A stretch of DNA of 64,000 nt from assembly GCA_035084275.1 (NCBI GenBank), contig CM068748.1, positions 9,672,001 through 9,736,000 of the forward strand, written 5' to 3'. This document shows, piece after piece, positions 62,571 through 64,000 of the stretch; positions within the stretch are counted from its first letter, which is position 1, and every line of letters starts with the position of its first letter. Source of the stretch: Hydrolagus colliei. Its lineage: Eukaryota. Both the position numbers and the translations under genes were made by a program. The notes beneath the pieces were generated by a model. The model saw only the letters and a program-made list of their open reading frames with translations, was not told where the DNA came from and searched no databases.

Positions 62571-62840
62571 AATAATAATAATAATCCTTCCATTTGATAT
62601 AGTGCCGTATCACATCTTTGTATATTTGTGGGCAAGACACGGTAACCAATTGCGCACAGTGTCCCACAAACAGTCGTGGATTGAGTGATCAAATTATTAT
62701 TATGTTTTGTGAGGGATTATTATCAGATGTGTTTGTGGAGTAAGCACTTATCCAAGGTTTCACCCTGACTTGCCTGGAATCGAGTCCAGGTCTCTCGCTT
62801 GTCAGGCAAGTGCTCAAACCACTGAAGTACGGGCCTCCAC
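62571..62840 (-). mobile_element. tRNA-derived SINE in NRBF2 intron 3
   Basis: Reverse-complement match with an internal deletion. Confidence 0.85.
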
Positions 62841-63486
62841 AAAGTTGGCTTCATAGCTGCCATGTCTATTTGCCAAAGCCTCAAATGAGGACCTAGTTTA
62901 AGCAGTTGATATTTAGTAAGCAATATTTAAATAGTATAGCTAGAATCAAGGTAGTTGACTAGGGATCCAATTCCAATACTGCTTATGAAACCAATTGTCT
63001 GTGTAAAAATCCTCTGCACAGTATAAAGGGCAAATTCAAGTGTACGTTGAATAGCTGATGAAGAAACTCTGAGGCTTGGGATAACAGCTTCTGGAAAGCT
63101 ATTATCCCAAGCTTTCAATTAGCTTTGTGAACACATTCCTATATGCAATACTTGGTATTCATTATTAGTATAGAGAGAGTTAAAAAATTGCTGCTGAAGC
63201 TCTGCATCTCCCAACAGGTCGCGCAATGGAATTGTGGACAGGGAATCCACCCAGTCATATACCTAGAAATTATACTTATCTGTTGCCAAAATTAAATCTT
63301 TGGGTGGGGGGTTTAATCAGGATTTGTGGATTGCAGTTGAGCAAACAGCCACCAGGACATATTAGCATTGCATTATTTACTGTCTTAATAATTGTTGCAC
63401 ATTAACATGATTTATATTGATCTAATCAATTAATGTTTAAGTAATTTCAGGTTGATGCTAATAAAATATTGTACTTTAATCTGCAG

Positions 63487-64000
63487 GCATTATTATCATT
63501 GAAGCTACAACGGGATAGCCATATCAAACATCAGCTCCTAATTGAGGAGAGATGGAAGCGGGCCAAGAGGGAAGAAAAGCTAAGGGCTCAGATACACATG
63601 ACAACTGTAGAAAAGGAAGTTGAATCCCAGTTATCTGTTAAACCCTCCTTTGATGAACCTGATAGTCAAAAAACACTTTCCACAAGTGTGGAAATGAGTA
63701 GCTCTGATCGGGATGAATATCTGAGGCAAATTCGAAACTCTTGTGATCGAGAACCAGATACACTTCTCTTTCTGCTAGAGAAAAAGGAAATGCCTTTAAA
63801 GACTTGTACAGGGAGTAAAACTCTGAAGGATGACAAGACAAGGATAGAGGAACAAGAAATGAAAATTGCAGAGCTAAAAAGACTTGTTGATCTACTCGTA
63901 GCTGAGAATGAGAGACTAAAGAAGGAGAATAGGCAGCTGAAGGCAGAGAATGCAAGACTTAGGAAATTCCCATCAGAGAAGGAAGTGGATGTAGCTGCAG
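63487..64000 (+). CDS. NRBF2: NRBF2 coding exon 4 (partial, runs off the window): end of MIT region, LxxLL motif, coiled coil
   Basis: ctgcag acceptor; open frame [32 protein letters not shown]...[11 protein letters not shown]...[10 protein letters not shown]...[22 protein letters not shown], recognisably NRBF2; LLFLL at 63763-63777. Confidence 0.96.

Noticed and set aside
63638-63955. 105-aa antisense ORF
   Set aside because: Shadow of NRBF2 exon 4.
1-64000. Prokaryotic-type systems (CRISPR arrays, operons, defence islands)
   Set aside because: The window is eukaryotic, with a spliced gene and SINEs/LINEs; no repeat-spacer array was seen.

Overview
AT-rich, repeat-dense vertebrate DNA. The mix of tRNA/Deu SINEs, L2, CR1 and Penelope-type elements suggests a cartilaginous fish, possibly a chimaera; this assignment is an inference. 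The only supported protein gene is NRBF2 on the + strand: a CpG-island promoter at about 56.9-57.5 kb and four coding exons from 57252 to beyond the window end. The preceding 56 kb has no credible protein gene. By vertebrate synteny it should be the EGR2(Krox20)-NRBF2 intergenic region, although EGR2 itself is not in the window, and it holds several motif clusters that look like enhancers (EGR+SOX; PBX-HOX+MEIS). The most unusual structural signal is a family of tiny Penelope-type elements carrying minimal hammerhead-ribozyme cores. One copy is a palindrome with ~100-bp arms and a core on each strand, three of four copies are nested in SINEs with target-site duplications, and two sit at the same homologous SINE position. 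Other signals are a chimeric CORE+Deu SINE family, covarying L2/SINE 3' stem-loops and several MITEs. Almost all ORF-track entries are noise or repeat-derived. Repeat boundaries are approximate and family names were assigned by eye, not by database search.
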